A DNA stretch of 64,000 bases from Octopus vulgaris. Its lineage: Eukaryota. The position numbers were made by a program, and so were the translations under genes. Numbering within the stretch: the stretch's first letter is position 1; each line of letters begins with the position of its first letter. The notes beneath the pieces were generated by a model. The model did not search any database. It had not been told where the DNA came from and saw nothing but the letters and a program-made list of their open reading frames with translations. This document shows positions 11,866 through 25,727 of this stretch, in pieces. The stretch lies in contig OX597835.1 of the NCBI GenBank assembly GCA_951406725.2, positions 6,572,001-6,636,000 on the forward strand. The letters are read 5' to 3'.

Positions 11866-12624
11866 TAATGATAATAATAATAACAATAATGTTAATAATA
11901 ATAATTAATAATAATTCTGTTTTTATATAAACCTGTATATATGTATATTCTTCCTTTTGAAAATTATTTTTATCCCAAGGTGAGAAACTGGCAGAACCCT
12001 TAGAATGTGAGATAAATGCCTTGTGGCAGAATTTTTGGCTCTTTGAAATTTGCGAGTTGAAATTCTGTTGAGGACAGCTCCACCTTTCATCGTTAAGGGG
12101 AGTTGACAAAGTTAGTACCAGTTGGGTACTGTAATTGACTGCCCCCTCCTCCTTTCCGACCCCCTTTCCATCAAAATTTCAGGTCCTCTGCCTATGGTGG
12201 AAAGAATTTCTATTATTATTATTATTATTGGCACTGGTGGAGAGTGGGGGGTAGAGGTGTCTCTCAGGGAAGGAGGAGGAAAGAAAAGTGTAAGAGGAAG
12301 GGAGCGGTAAATGTTTTTTTTTTTGTTTTTTTTTAATTTTGTAAGTACTGGTAATGTGCTTGGGTGGCTCCAATCAACTTCCCCCACCCTCCCTCTTCAT
12401 CTCTCCTCCCTTCTAACCTCTTTTAACAATTTAGCCTGCTTTTGCTAAATTAATTAATTAATCACAGTTGTTATTAACCCATCTCCCTCTGTGTCTATTA
12501 ATGAATTTTAATTGATTCAGGCTTCAATCAGTTTCTATTGGTGTGTGTGCGGTTGCTGTAGAAAACACCTGAGTTATTCACTAAAGAAACATCGAGAAAG
12601 ATGATGAAGAAAAATAGATAATTA

Positions 12625-13030
12625 CTTGCAGGTGTCATGACTTCAACTGTTGTGATCAACTGGGCATACACAGATGTTGTGATTGGCTAGATGTAGAGGT
12701 AGCTTGATTAGATGTGGATACAGGTGTGGTGTTCAGCTGGATGTTAAGGTAGCATGGTTAGATGTGAGGTACAGGTGTGGTGATCAGCTGGATTTAGAGG
12801 TAGCATGGTTAGGTGTGGATACAGGTGTTATCAGAGAGAATGAAATTATCAAAGAAGATGGTATCATCAAAGATAGGATGAATTAGCTGCACATACAGGT
12901 GTTATGATGAGCTTGATTTTACAGGTGTTGTGACCAGCCGGACATACAGGTAGCATGGTTAGCTGGGCACATAGGTGCTGTGATCACCTCACCAACATGA
13001 GTATACCAGTCACCTGGACATACATGTGAT
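12625..13030. repeat. Degenerate minisatellite downstream of the CTPS stop
   Basis: recurring acaggtgttgtgatcagctgga...aggtagcatggttag unit. Confidence 0.75.
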
Positions 13031-13227
13031 AGTAATTATTAGAAAGAATGGCAATCAGGAAGTTCACTGTTCTTATTTACCTTTTAAGCTCTTAGGAACT
13101 GGCAGAAATAACTTTTGAATTGGTCGTGAGACGATTGCATGAGAGAGGAGTCAAGTTGTCCTCTGAAAAATATTTTATCTAATATACATTATTTGTTAAG
13201 TTCTTGAAGAAAAATTTTGTTTTAGAG

Positions 13228-13228
<1 letters not shown>

Positions 13229-13258
<30 letters not shown>

Positions 13259-13596
13259 ATTTGGCTCAAAAGCAAATAGCAAGGCCATGTAGAGGGACAT
13301 GGAGTTAAGTACAGGGTGGTGTTCATGTAAAGAGTTCAGGCCACTTGAGGTCAAGGGAGACTTTGAACCGAGTGGTCGTCGGCATCTTCACCATCTCGTC
13401 TGGCAGCTTGTTCCACGGATCCGCAGCCCGGACGGAGAAAGCTCCTCTCCTTCGATTGAGATGAAATCGTCGCAGGTAGAGCTTTTCAGAATGACCCCGC
13501 AGCCGACGCTCTGGAGCAGGAGTGAAGAACAGCTCTTTCGGGAGGTTACACTTTCCGCTTATGATGTTGTGGGCGAGAATGAGGTCACCACGGAGA
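13229..13596 (-). mobile_element. 5'-truncated CR1-type LINE 3' end
   Basis: ORF2 C-terminus LRGDLILAHNII...LRGHSEKL...FSVRAADPWNKLPDEMV...FKVSLD, short 3' UTR, (TAAC)n tail. Confidence 0.88.
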
Positions 13597-13931
13597 ATGA
13601 GATCATGTACATGGTGCTCCAGTGTGGCCACAGTCAAATGACTGAAACAAAATGTACATATATGATTATACATACACACACACACACGGTTATTCAGACT
13701 GAATGAACTGATTACATTACGCAATATTTTAATAAGGAAAAGCAATAGAAAACTCCAGCGAAGTCCAAAGTATTTACTCACAATCAACTTTTATTTCCTG
13801 TCTTACAAAGTTTTCAGTGTGGCCACCACCTGCTGCACGGGCAACGTCATTGCGATAAAAGAATTCCTCCCAGACACATACCAGCATATCCACGATCCAC
13901 TGGGTTGATACTGCTGTTATTTGATGTTTAA

Positions 13932-14155
13932 CCCCTTTGGTGTTCACATTATTCTGCCCAAATTAATGCTTTTTTTTATCCACATTGCTTTGAACTAATC
14001 ATGCCTTATCTTGTAGCTATGAGATTTTGATGTGGCAGCTGTTCATTTTTAAGATGATATTGTAGGGTTGGTGTGAGAGACCAGATCTGGCTAGTTTGAA
14101 CATAAAACAGGTAGAATACTTTTGGCCGGATATGGCCGGTTTAAATGCTAAAGGG
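13932..14155. mobile_element. piggyBac-type MITE
   Basis: TTAA TSDs; same family; a reversed, one-end-truncated copy lies at 16001-16209. Confidence 0.85.
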
Positions 14156-14382
14156 TTAAGGCCATCGAGGTTAATGGGTAGGGGTGGAACATAAACACAA
14201 TCTTTCACACATCCCCACAAGAAAAAACAATCCCACCACAGCGAATGACTCAGTGGATTGTGATATGCTGATTGAAATCGGTTCATTCTTTTTGAACAAC
14301 CCCACACACACACACACACACACACACTAACTAGTGGGACCCATCAATATTTCATGGAATTAATGGTAAACTTATTGGGTTA

Positions 14383-14646
14383 TGTAGTAAAGATTGTTTG
14401 CCAGCATAACATGGCAGTCCAGATTTAGGACGAATGTTGCTGTAATTTAGCCCCAGAAGACATCGTATCCAGCTGGCTGTACGATACGATCTGCATCCTT
14501 AAATTTTCGACCGAACAAGGGAAAAAAGAAAGACATGGATTGTGTCGTGTAGCCAGCTGGAGACGATGTCTCCTGGGGCTAAATTACAGTAACATTCATC
14601 CTAAACCAGGACTGCCATGTTACGTTGGCAAACAATCTTTACTACA
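14383..14646. repeat. Long imperfect inverted repeat (fold-back/MITE-like)
   Basis: arms of over 100 bp, tgtagtaaagattgtttgcca.../...tggcaaacaatctttactaca. Confidence 0.85.
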
Positions 14647-16966
14647 AAAGTACTGTTGCTGAATATCTCTCGTTGCGAGATTTTAAAAATAGTAATTTTC
14701 TAATTTATTGGGTTATTTTCTGAAAACTTTATCAAAAGAACCTGAAAGTGTAGCCTGTGTTGTCTGTATGGAAAGGTAGTTGCTCATCTGCTACTAATTG
14801 AAAAGTGAAGGAAACTGGAATATGATAATTGCTTGACCCTTTCGTTACTATATTTCTGACCAAAATACACCCCTCAATGAGTTTCAGTTAAATTCTAAAA
14901 TAATCATGAATTTAGACTAGTTTCATTAAACAACTGTAACTTTTTTACTTATCAACATATTAATGTGATGTTTGGAACATAATTAAAGAAAGGACTCTTA
15001 ATCAATTCTATTGCATAACTTTTGTCCCAAAGTGATTTTACTTACAGGTAAATCCAGGTAAACTGAGCAAAAGGTTAAAATATTAAAATTTTGTTTAAAC
15101 ATCACCATAGAAAATGAATCATCAGCTAATATTCATTTGGGCATGCAACAAAATTTTGATATAGAAAAAATTGTGCACATCGCTATATCATCAGTACAAT
15201 TTAATGCACAACAGAACAGGTGTATCATAAAGGTGAAATAAACTGAAATACTGGAATCCACCGCAAGTTTGACCGAACTAAAGAAATCGGTCAAAAAATA
15301 ATATACGGCCCTGTTTATGGTATGGAAGTGATAAATTCCAGACCACATTGTACCCTAGGCCATGTTGACTAACATTATTTTCCCTGCATATAAACTAAAT
15401 CCACAACAGTACCCAGTATTCACTTCACAAATTTTCCAAACTTTGATCCCCCATTTTGGGTTTGTTTACATTCTGCGTAACAGTTTGTTTCCGCAGTGTT
15501 TGCTTCAAACAAGCTTACTGAAAAAAAGTCTAATGGTTTCGCTTCCTAAGAAAGACTATGGATAGACTCTATCTCAGAAAAATTGCTAATAAAATCATTT
15601 TTGAAGTTTTTACTTCATTCTGATGTAAAATCATCTTTGCTGTTGCTATTGCCGCATTGTTTCTTCGGAATCGCTGCTTTCGGTTTCGGATAAAGAAATA
15701 TCCTATTCATTATTGTACACCATCTGCTTTTGTACCTCATTCATTCTTTTTCTCGATATCTCCCTATTTTCCGTTGAAAAAGCTTTAAATTCGGAATCAA
15801 TGCTTGATAACATGAAACTCCTATTCATTTTCTAAGTTGAAGAAAAATCGATGCCGAAAAAATGTGGGAAAAAAAAATCTTCCCAAATTCACTGGGTTCA
15901 GATATCACGTCAAGCAATGTCGGATACTATAACTGAACTATTTACAAAGTGAAATCACGTATTTTCACAAATGTACCAACGAGATACGTGCTTAAATTCA
16001 CATTTAAACCGGCCATATCCGGCCAAAATATTTAATGTTTTATGTTCAAACTGACCAGATCCAGGCTCTCACACCTACCCTACAATGTTATTCTACATTA
16101 AGTAATTACACCATCGAGATCTTGAAGATATGAGATAATGCATGATTAATTCAAATCAATGTGAATCAATAAGCATTATGTTTGATGGAATAATCTGAAC
16201 ACTAAAGGGTACAATGGGTACTCTCGGCCTGCTACGGCCGGGTTGGTCTTATGAACCAAAAACTTTTTCGGCTGGGTTAGTCTCAAAAGGGTTTATATAC
16301 TTTATGCACAATTTTATCGACTTAATACACATCATTCTCTCTTACTCTCTCATTTTGCTTTACCCTCTTTTTCTCTTTCCCTTTCTCTCTTTGTTTCACT
16401 CACTACCCCCACTCCTTTTCAATTAATTAATCATGTGAAAGCATTACAGATGGGGCTAAATAGTGGAGGAACAAACGGAACTATTTCAAGATAAATATAA
16501 CAAAATATGTATTGAGAAAATTATAAAACACTAATGGGGTTGGTGTGAGGAAAAACCTTGCCTAAGCAGGCAGTGAAGCCTGGAGCAGTCTTCTGCCTAC
16601 CCAGCTCCTCCCAAATCGTCCAACCCATGCCAGCATGGAAAGCAGATGCTAAATGATGATGAAAATGTGTGTAGACAAATGTAGCTATATTCTTTACCTT
16701 TTTGATGCCAATCTACCAGAGACCTGTTCCAGGACCTGTGATTCTTGCTTCCTATTTTTAAGGTATTTTAAATTTATATCCTTCCATCAAAATTTCTTAA
16801 TTTATAACCCCAAACACTAGCTTGATATCTTCAAAGTTATTTTATAAAATTTTTTTTTGTCATTTTTCAAAATTGAAACAATGGCAACAGATTCCAACTG
16901 AAATCTGACAACAAAAAGATTAATTAAACCTTTCTTCCCCCTCACCTCTCTTTTTCTTTTTTTTTT

Positions 16967-17348
16967 TATACTTGTTTCAGTCATTTGACTGTGGCCATGC
17001 TGGAGCACCGCCTTTAGTCGAGCAAATCGACCCCGGGACTTATTCTTTGTAAGCCCAGTACTTATTCTATCGGTCTCTTTTTGCCGAACCACTAAGTGAC
17101 GGGGACGTAAACACACCAGCATCGGTTGTCAAGCAATGCTAGGAGGACAAACACATACATATAAATATATATCTATACATGTATACGACAAGTTTCTTTC
17201 AGTTTCCAACTACCAAATCCACTCACAAGGCTTTGGTCGGCCTGAGGCTATAGCAGAAGACACTTGCCCAAGATGCCACGCAGTGGGACTGAACCCAGAA
17301 CCATGTGGTTGGTTAGCAAGCTACTTACCACACAGCCACTCCTGCGCC
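16967..17348 (-). mobile_element. tRNA-derived SINE family B (CORE-like, internal microsatellite)
   Basis: head ggcgcaggagtggctgtgtggtaag, B box gggttcagtccc, CORE-like cttgggcaagtgtctt, tail gcagtcaaatgactgaaacaag. Confidence 0.85.
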
Positions 17349-17879
17349 TCGATGTTATTTTTTTTTGTTGCTAATTTACATTTTTAATCATAAAAAATAA
17401 CGATGTCATCATATTAGCAAAAACAACACTAATAATAATAAGAGGAATTTTTTTTTTTAATGCCAACCAATGTAATTTGGTTTTGTCTTCTAAATGCCAT
17501 TAATTGCACCTGAAAAGTTACTGAAGATCCTACCTCTGATAAGGTAACTGTACACCTTGATCTCTGTACAGTCACTGTCAACGTTTCTACATGTTGCTCC
17601 ATGTGATTCTAAACTTGGTGAGTAAGCTTGGATGGATGTGTGTGTGTGTGGGAGTGTTTAGTGGGTGTTTTGCTTCATGTGAAGTTGATCTGACCTGTTG
17701 TAGCTCTGCATTTTGCTTTTTTTTTGTTTTTACTGAATCCCATCCTTGCCCACCCTTCAAAAAGCAAACTAAATTTGAATTTTGCTTTCTAATTTTTACT
17801 AACATGCCTGGTATATATACACACACAAACATATATGCACTCAAAGATATAATATGCTTATACTAATATTGGTATATAC

Positions 17880-18089
17880 TAGGGCTTTGGAGTCAAAACA
17901 AACTTTGACTCCTCTACTATTGATACCTCCGACTTCTCTCTATGTAATTAAGTGATTGTAGCCTACACATCTCATATAGCATATGCATACACTTGTACTT
18001 TGAGTAGGCCGATATGTTATAACTGGTTTATATTAAAGAATAAAGATAGGAGTCGGAGTCAATATGGTTTTTCCGACTCCACAGCTCTG
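17880..18089. mobile_element. hAT-like MITE
   Basis: imperfect TIRs tagggctttggagtc / gactccacagctctg; 8-bp TSD gtatatac/gtatatat. Confidence 0.6.
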
Positions 18090-20293
18090 GTATATATATA
18101 TACACATACTTATATAGGTGTATGTACTAATATTGAACATGACTGATGTATATAGATACATAGATATACATTTACATTGTGCAAATTTTAAATAAATAAT
18201 TTGTATGGTTTAGATGAAGGGCAGCTTTTAGGGGTCACCTTGACTGATGTTGGGAGCTGGTGCAATTCTCTTTTAGGGAAACTTGATCTGAAAGCTTTAT
18301 AGTAGAGTGGACCCTACTTACAACACCTTTAAGGGCCAGTAGTGAGTTTAATTTGGATGGTGTGTGAGACTCGACCACTGCACCTAGTATATCCCTGAGG
18401 GTCAGATCATGGTGTTGAACCCGAGAAAAATATCAAATCTACCACTTTTGAAATTCTTTTAATTGAAAACAAATAAAAAGGGACATAGTGGTTATTTAAT
18501 CTGGTTAGTTTTTAAACCAGTAAATCTAGCATTCTGGCCCCTTTTTTTTTATGATGTATTTCTTTACTCAAATCTGTCTCCTGAGGGCACATTGTAAACC
18601 TTGAAATTTTAAGATTTGTCTGACGGCATTGGTCGCTAACTCACTTCAGCTGCTGCATAAAACGATAGTGTATAAATTTCTGACATTTCTCCAACATTTT
18701 TTTCCCTGAAAATAAAGGAAAAAAATATATAAAATATTAAAAAACAAAAATCTTTGTGAGTTGTTCACCCTTGTACATTAATTAATATAATTAAAAATGA
18801 AAGTTGAAAAAAAAAAAAACATTGGTGTTCTCTTTTTTTTTTTTTTTTAATGTTTGATTTTACCAGTGTGAAAGTTTTGGTTACATTAACAACTGACGTG
18901 GGCAGGATATTATCAAGATTGCATCAAGTTCAACCAAATGGTTATATTAAATTTGGAACTGCCATCCGGGTTGCTCACGTAAGTATCGACAGATGTTGAG
19001 AATAATAATGGGGTAGAAAGGGGCTCCTTAGCCGTAGAGAAGGCAATCTGTCTAGGGAGATAACTTTACAATAAATCACTCGGTCCGTAGCTTAGAAATA
19101 CTGGGTTGACGTCCAGCGGGAACAGCTTTGTTTCATGGAGGAGGAAAGATCTTCTTTAGTACTTGGTTGTACAATGCTTTCCAATGTGTGTAGTAGTGGC
19201 GCGCGCACACATTAGTAGCCATTGGAAAAGACTGAAAGTCTCGACCACGGTCGAACAATGATGATGATGATTGGCTAAAAATAGAACAAAGCAACAGCTG
19301 GGGGCGACACGCCCTCATTTCTGGGCCAGGCTGTTGGGGCGAACGCAACACTTAAATGAACGGGTAACAGCCGCACGAGGCAGAGCGCTGATAGGTCTAT
19401 GATGCCCTTAGTGTGCCCGTCTCTTCTGGCCTTAGAGGGTCGAGGAACTTTGAACCCTTCCCGTCCTGGAAATTGTAAAGGCAAAGAGAATGAATATTAC
19501 AGGTGTTGTGCCAATCATAGGTGGAAGCATGGTTGTGTGGTAAGAGGCTTGTTTCCCAACCACATGGTTCCAGCTTCAGTCCCACTGCGTGGCACTTTGG
19601 GCAAGTGTCTTCTGCTATGACCTCTGGCTGACCAAAGTCTTGTGAGTGGATTTGGTAGACGGAAACTGAAAGAAGCCCGTCGTATATATATATATATATA
19701 TATATAAACTAACACATTCTTTTCCTGAGCTGAGATTCGATACCGAATCTAAAGATTCTCACTCGTCTGATCCACTACTGACCAAACAGGCACGAAAGAA
19801 TTTTTTTTGTCCTGTCAGCCGTGTTAATTAAGGTTCAAATGGACAGGAGGCGACCTACATAGGAATTTCTCTTGTCATATGTCTGTCCTTCTAGCTGTCA
19901 CGACCATCATAAATATAGCAGTCCATCAAGAGTCAGAGACAGACGGAGAGCATCAGTTAAACAGGTAACACAGATTGAGATACTCAACATGAACGACAGA
20001 CGAGTCGCAGAACATAAACGGACACCACTGAATGACCAATGCAGACTCACACAGAGCATGTCCGGTTCTACCCTATTATATCGACACAGTATTTGCCCTG
20101 TTAATTTCGTCGCCAGCTCGAAGCAATTGGTAATGTGATGTAGTGAAGTACTTGGTGGATACGAGTAAATGCAAGTCTTGTTTGAATAAATTATTCAAAC
20201 TAAAACCCGATGTTTTTTCCATTGTTTTACTTTGAAGTCGTCTACATGCCTATTTCATCTGCTACCTCAACATCTTTTGCTACACCTTTTACT

Positions 20294-20346
<53 letters not shown>

Positions 20347-20347
20347 G

Positions 20348-20633
20348 TGTATATAAATTAGAGAAGAACCACCAAGTAGCAATTCAACAATGATATATAC
20401 TTAAATCATACCATATAGAAAAAAATTAAAGATACGATAAAACATTTACCTATAACTAAAGTACAAAATAAATAAATAGTATATAATTAGTAATTATATA
20501 CTAGTTATTATTTAGTACTTTATTTAGTTCTACGTAAATGTTTGATCGTATCTTTAATTTTTTTCTGCATGGAATGATTTAAGTGTATCTTTGTTGAATT
20601 GCTTCATGGTGGTTCTTATCTAATTTATATACA
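20348..20633. repeat. Long imperfect AT-rich palindrome
   Basis: tgtatataaattagagaagaaccacca.../...tggtggttcttatctaatttatataca, centred on tatataatta-g-taattatata. Confidence 0.8.
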
Positions 20634-20705
20634 TATATATTGTGAAATTTGATTTAGTATTATTACTAAATTGAATTTTTCCCTCTAAATTTGGAATCAT
20701 ATTCC

Positions 20706-20743
<38 letters not shown>

Positions 20744-21666
20744 TAGTTGAAATTTATAGAAAAACAAAAGATGAAGACAGGTGTAGGAACAACAAGCAAG
20801 TGTATTAGTTGGATGCTCGGGGAAAATGGAAAAGTCTTTTACGTTTTGAGCCTACACTCTTCGACATAAAGGAACAAGAGTAAATATATAGGGAGAGAAT
20901 GGAACCCCCCCCCCCAAAAAAAACGTGTAGAGTTCATCGGTTCAGCATGGCGAATGATTGGAAATATATATTACGTGTGTGTTTTAGTCTCTTCTTTTAC
21001 AGGAACTTCTCAGCACCCATCGAATGTTATATAGACCAGCAGAATAAACACCAGATTATAAAAGAAAAAGGTACTGAGGTCAATTTGTTCGTTTAAAAGT
21101 CTTCGAGGTGGTGCTTCAGCATGGCCGCAGTCTAATGACTGAAACAAGGAGAAGATAAAAGATAGCCGAGGACCATACTGCGATGTGGTATAGTATACAG
21201 TCCTTTAACGAGCGGGGCAAGATTGAATTGAATGCCTTTAGGTTTAACGAGTAGCAATTATGAGATGATATTCCATTTAAGTATAGCATTTTGGGAGTAA
21301 GAATATTCCCAATGCTATAAAAAAAAAAAGAAAAAAATGACATTTTGCTTAAGGTGCTAGTTGGTATGATCGAACCCGGAACCTCTTTGTCGCATCGACA
21401 CGATCGGGACAAGTTTACCGTAGCTCAATTTCAAGGGAGGTCACTCTGGTCTATTTGTATTTATCCAAGGGAAATAACTCTAATAGCTTACCGTAAAAAT
21501 CAGTCTTGCAGACGACAAACCCGTTTTGTTTAAATGTTTGTTGTTAAAAGCGAAAGATATTCTTTGTAGCAATTTAATCATTAAAAAACAATTAATGAGA
21601 ATATTGAGAGATTAGTAAAACATTAATTTAGTGCAAAGTTGAGGGAGAATATTTAAAATGAACAGA

Positions 21667-22037
21667 TGCGCGGGATTGGCTGTGTGGTAAGTAACTTGTT
21701 TGCCAACCAAATGGTTCCGGGTTCGCCCCACTGCGTGGAACTTAGGGCAAGTGTCTTCTACTATAGCCTTGGGCTGACCAAAGCTTTGTGAGTGGATATG
21801 GTAGACGGAAACTGAAAGAAGCCCGTCGCATATATATATATATGTTTGTGCGTCTGTGTGTCACCCCCAACCAATACTTGACAATCAATGCTGCTGTGTT
21901 TGCGTCCCCGTAAAAAGAGACCGATAGAATAAGTACTAGGCTTACAAAGAATAAGTCCTGGGGTCGATTTGCGCGACTAAAGGCGGTGCTCCCGCATGGC
22001 CGTAATTGAATGAATGAAACAAATAAAAGAGTAAAAG
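21667..22037 (+). mobile_element. SINE family B
   Basis: matches other family B copies; partial copies also at about 1305-1400, 5140-5445, 8460-8720, 11220-11370, 19518-19690, 25287-25445, 43985-44400, 48900-49110, 49470-49945. Confidence 0.85.
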
Positions 22038-22576
22038 ATGTCTAACATTAATTCTTTCTGTTTTTTGGAAGTTCTCTTCAGAAACACGTAATTCCGAATT
22101 CGGTCCGCTTTCGCAGTACCGTGGTCTTAGTGAATTTGACTATAGTCTCTGGTTAACCTGTGCCTCGATGGTGGAATTTACAAGCATTCGCATGGTAGCT
22201 GCGGAAATTTCGAGCATGCTAGTGTCAATAAAAAGAAAGAAAAATGCAAATGAAACAGAATCGCGAACTATAGCCTATTTTGCCGAAGTATTGGAGGGGC
22301 GTTACGATCACTTGGAGATGCTCCAGCTTGCGCCGAACCCTATGATTGGAACCAGTAATAGAATATCTACATCTCTCTCTCTCTCTCTGCCTGTCATCTA
22401 TCTATCTATCTTTTTTTTAAAAAAAATTTTATTCCCCCCTTTTTTGTCCTCTTTCTTTCCCTTTGCGATCCCTTTTGATCGAAAACCAAACCCCCCTTTT
22501 TTTACCCCCAAAAGAAAAGCTTTACCTTGTAATTTGTCCTGTCTGTGTGCAGCCTTGTGTGGCTAATAAAGAAACA

Positions 22577-22704
<128 letters not shown>

Positions 22705-22841
22705 AGTCCGTCTGTCTGTCTGTCCATCGATCTCTCAGTTTTGTCAGCTTGTCTATCAGTTTGTCTATGTATTTGTTTGTCTGTCTGTCTGTCTCCCTAT
22801 GCCAGAGAAAGAAAAATTTAGATCAATAAGTGTTACAGCCT

Positions 22842-23050
22842 CTTCAAACACGGCAGCACTTCAGTGAAGACCGTGGCACGCGTGGGCGTGTCATCCACAA
22901 GCCGAGACGAGGAGACGATTGAGAAGGTTCGGCGAATAGTCACGGAAGACCGCTGCGTAACAACCCAGGAAATTGCTCACAAAATGGGGCTCAGCTCAGG
23001 ATCAGCACATTTCATTTCAACGGAGGATATCGTATGAGCGAAATTCGCCC
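22842..23050 (+). pseudogene. Mariner transposase fragment (second HTH region)
   Basis: STSRDEETIEKVRRIVTEDRCVTTQEIAHKMGLSSGSAHFISTED. Confidence 0.7.
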
Positions 23051-24363
23051 TCAGGGGAATGATTTAATGATACCCGTAATCTCAGTCGGTCACGTTTGGG
23101 AATTTAGTCGGAAAGTCTAATGACGGTTGTTTCCGATAGGATTCTATAGAGAATGATCCTGAAGATGCTATCCCTATGAGGCTCTCAAGAAATAGGGGGC
23201 GGAGAAAATGGGTGGACAGGAAACATTTGATAAGATGTAAAACGATCACGAATATGTTAGAGAATAAAGCTATAGGCATTAAAGGCCACAAGAAGTGTTT
23301 GAGATTCGAACGAAGTGTCTTGCTGTGTTTTCCCCGGGCTTTTGTGATCAGAGTTCAAATCCCTGTGAGGGCAACCTTGCTTTTCATCCTTCCTCGGTCA
23401 ATAGATAAAGTACCGTTAGAGAGCGGTGGAATGGCGAAAACGTAGTTTTTATTCTGGTAGTCTCTAAACACCTATTAAATAGATTATACAAGGTGCTTTC
23501 CAATAGAGCTGCCGAATTAACCCTATTTTTCCTTTTTGTCTGAATTTTTCAAATTGTAAAGGTAATTTATGGACACCCTATATTTGGGCAACCTTTATAT
23601 TTCTAGAAGTATAAACAGAATATAAATATGCATAAATTATTCGTTGTAATGAAGTGCAAGAGAAAGAGAAAGTCAAAGAAGAATGTATAATGCTAAAAAC
23701 GTTATCGCGTAGTGTAAGGTATTAATAAAAGTTAACTTTCTCGCCGTGAATTAAAATTAGCTTTCTGATCGAGTCATTTAGCAGAAATCTTTTAAAATGA
23801 AAGAACTTTCATAAACCATATTTTGATAAAAATATATTAAAATTGGAATTTTTAAGAGTTTTCTAGACCATGTAGATTTTAATAATTGATTTCTTTTAGT
23901 AAAATTTGCATATTCAAACTAATTAATAAACAGATTACTAATTATTAATAAACAGTTTAGACATCACATAAAATTTCTATCATTCGAACCACACGATATG
24001 TTACCGGAGAAACGTTGTTCGTTGTATCATCCCACGTGTATCACTGGTTATTAGTTTATCGACTCGGAACGAACAAAAAGTAAAGATGACGTCAAGAGAA
24101 TTTAAACTCAGTTTGAAGTGGGACTAAAATAAACGCTAAAATATTTAGTTACGGTGTTGCCTTATATATTAATTAAAATTAGTGACTGAATATTAATTAA
24201 TGGATGACTTTATTGTGTGATCGATTGAGGCTAGCTTCCTAATTGAGTGAGTCGAGTATTGGAATATTGATAGTTCAAATTTCATTGCCGAAGCAGCTCT
24301 TTTACTATACAAATATTGGTTGGCTTGATCTAACTGTAAATTAATACTGAAAGTAATCAAAGT

Positions 24364-24421
<58 letters not shown>

Positions 24422-24715
24422 GTATTTATGCACATACACAAGCATACAGCCGCACAAACCCCCTAACTTACAGACGTACGCACACACAAGCACACATATA
24501 CACGAACACACGTAGAAAAACACACAGATACAAACATACACGCACATAAACACACACATACATACACACACAGACAGCTGCAAGTATATGTTCGCGTAAA
24601 ATGGCGTTGTAAATCGCGACGGTATGGAACGGAAACATGTGTATCGTATAATCGAAGTTGTGCTAAAGAATTTTCTTTGTCTTCTTTGCATTGTATGTGT
24701 GTGTATATCTATCTG

Positions 24716-24795
<80 letters not shown>

Positions 24796-24984
24796 AAAGT
24801 AAATAAATGGTACAACGAAGTACCGATATTTACTGGAAAATAGCGATCGTAATAAATACGACGCTATTGTATAGCTTCACTGCGTATATACTAGCAAAGA
24901 CGTGTGTGTGTGCAACAAAGATGAAAAAAATTTGTCTTACCTCTAGGAAGACCATCTGAAAAATGAAAAACCTAGAAACGGATA

Positions 24985-25055
24985 ATGCAGGACCGGTTTC
25001 AGACTCTTCAAATACGTTTGACAACGTAGATTTGATTTGTCCTCATCAGCTGCAT
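24985..25055 (-). ncRNA. Type I hammerhead ribozyme motif, canonical core
   Basis: AUGCAG-CUGAUGA-GGAC(extended hairpin)GUCU-GAAA-CCG-GUC-CUGCAU: 6-bp stem I, palindromic stem III ACCGGU, GUC triplet. Confidence 0.85.
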
Positions 25056-25239
25056 ATACCTAGACAAAATTTCAAATGTTGCCACATCTATGCCAGTACA
25101 CTCATCTGAACGCCAACACGTTAACAGAACGAGAACAGTGAAGAAGTTTCAATGAAAATAGTAATGCAATACGAGAGTATTTCTTTCCAGTAAAGGATAC
25201 CCCGTAAGGGTAAAATTATACATATAAAAGTAAATAAAT

Positions 25240-25290
<51 letters not shown>

Positions 25291-25569
25291 GACCGGCTTC
25301 TTTCGGCTTCTGTCTATCAAATCCATTCACAAGGATTTAGTCAGACCGAGGCTTTAGTAAAAGACACTTGCCAAAGGTGCCACACGGTGGGACTGAACCC
25401 AGAACCATGTGCTTGGGAAGCAAAGTTCTTTCCACACAGCCACGCTTTCACCTGTTTCTCTGACCAAAGCTGCGGCCATAAACGTTATGGATTGAGGTGT
25501 TGGAATATCAGCGAAGGCCATGTCGGGATTGCTTAAAAATGGTGTTGATGAGTGTGTATGTGTTGGATG

Positions 25570-25620
25570 TGTGTACGTCTCTAAGTATATGTACGTATAT
25601 GTACATACATACAAACATAC

Positions 25621-25666
<46 letters not shown>

Positions 25667-25687
25667 CAGGCATATATACATACAAAC

Positions 25688-25727
<40 letters not shown>

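Noticed and set aside
18950-19470. GC-richer segments with a (GAT)n tail, considered as an RTE-derived element or HDV-like ribozyme
   Set aside because: Could not assign a family or build the nested pseudoknot by eye
19873-20271. Possible solo LTR (TG...CA with AATAAA)
   Set aside because: No convincing TSD and no second copy in the window
23155-23222. CTGAAGA...CCCTAT/ATAGGG...GAAA
   Set aside because: Stem III and cleavage triplet do not form; at best a decayed remnant
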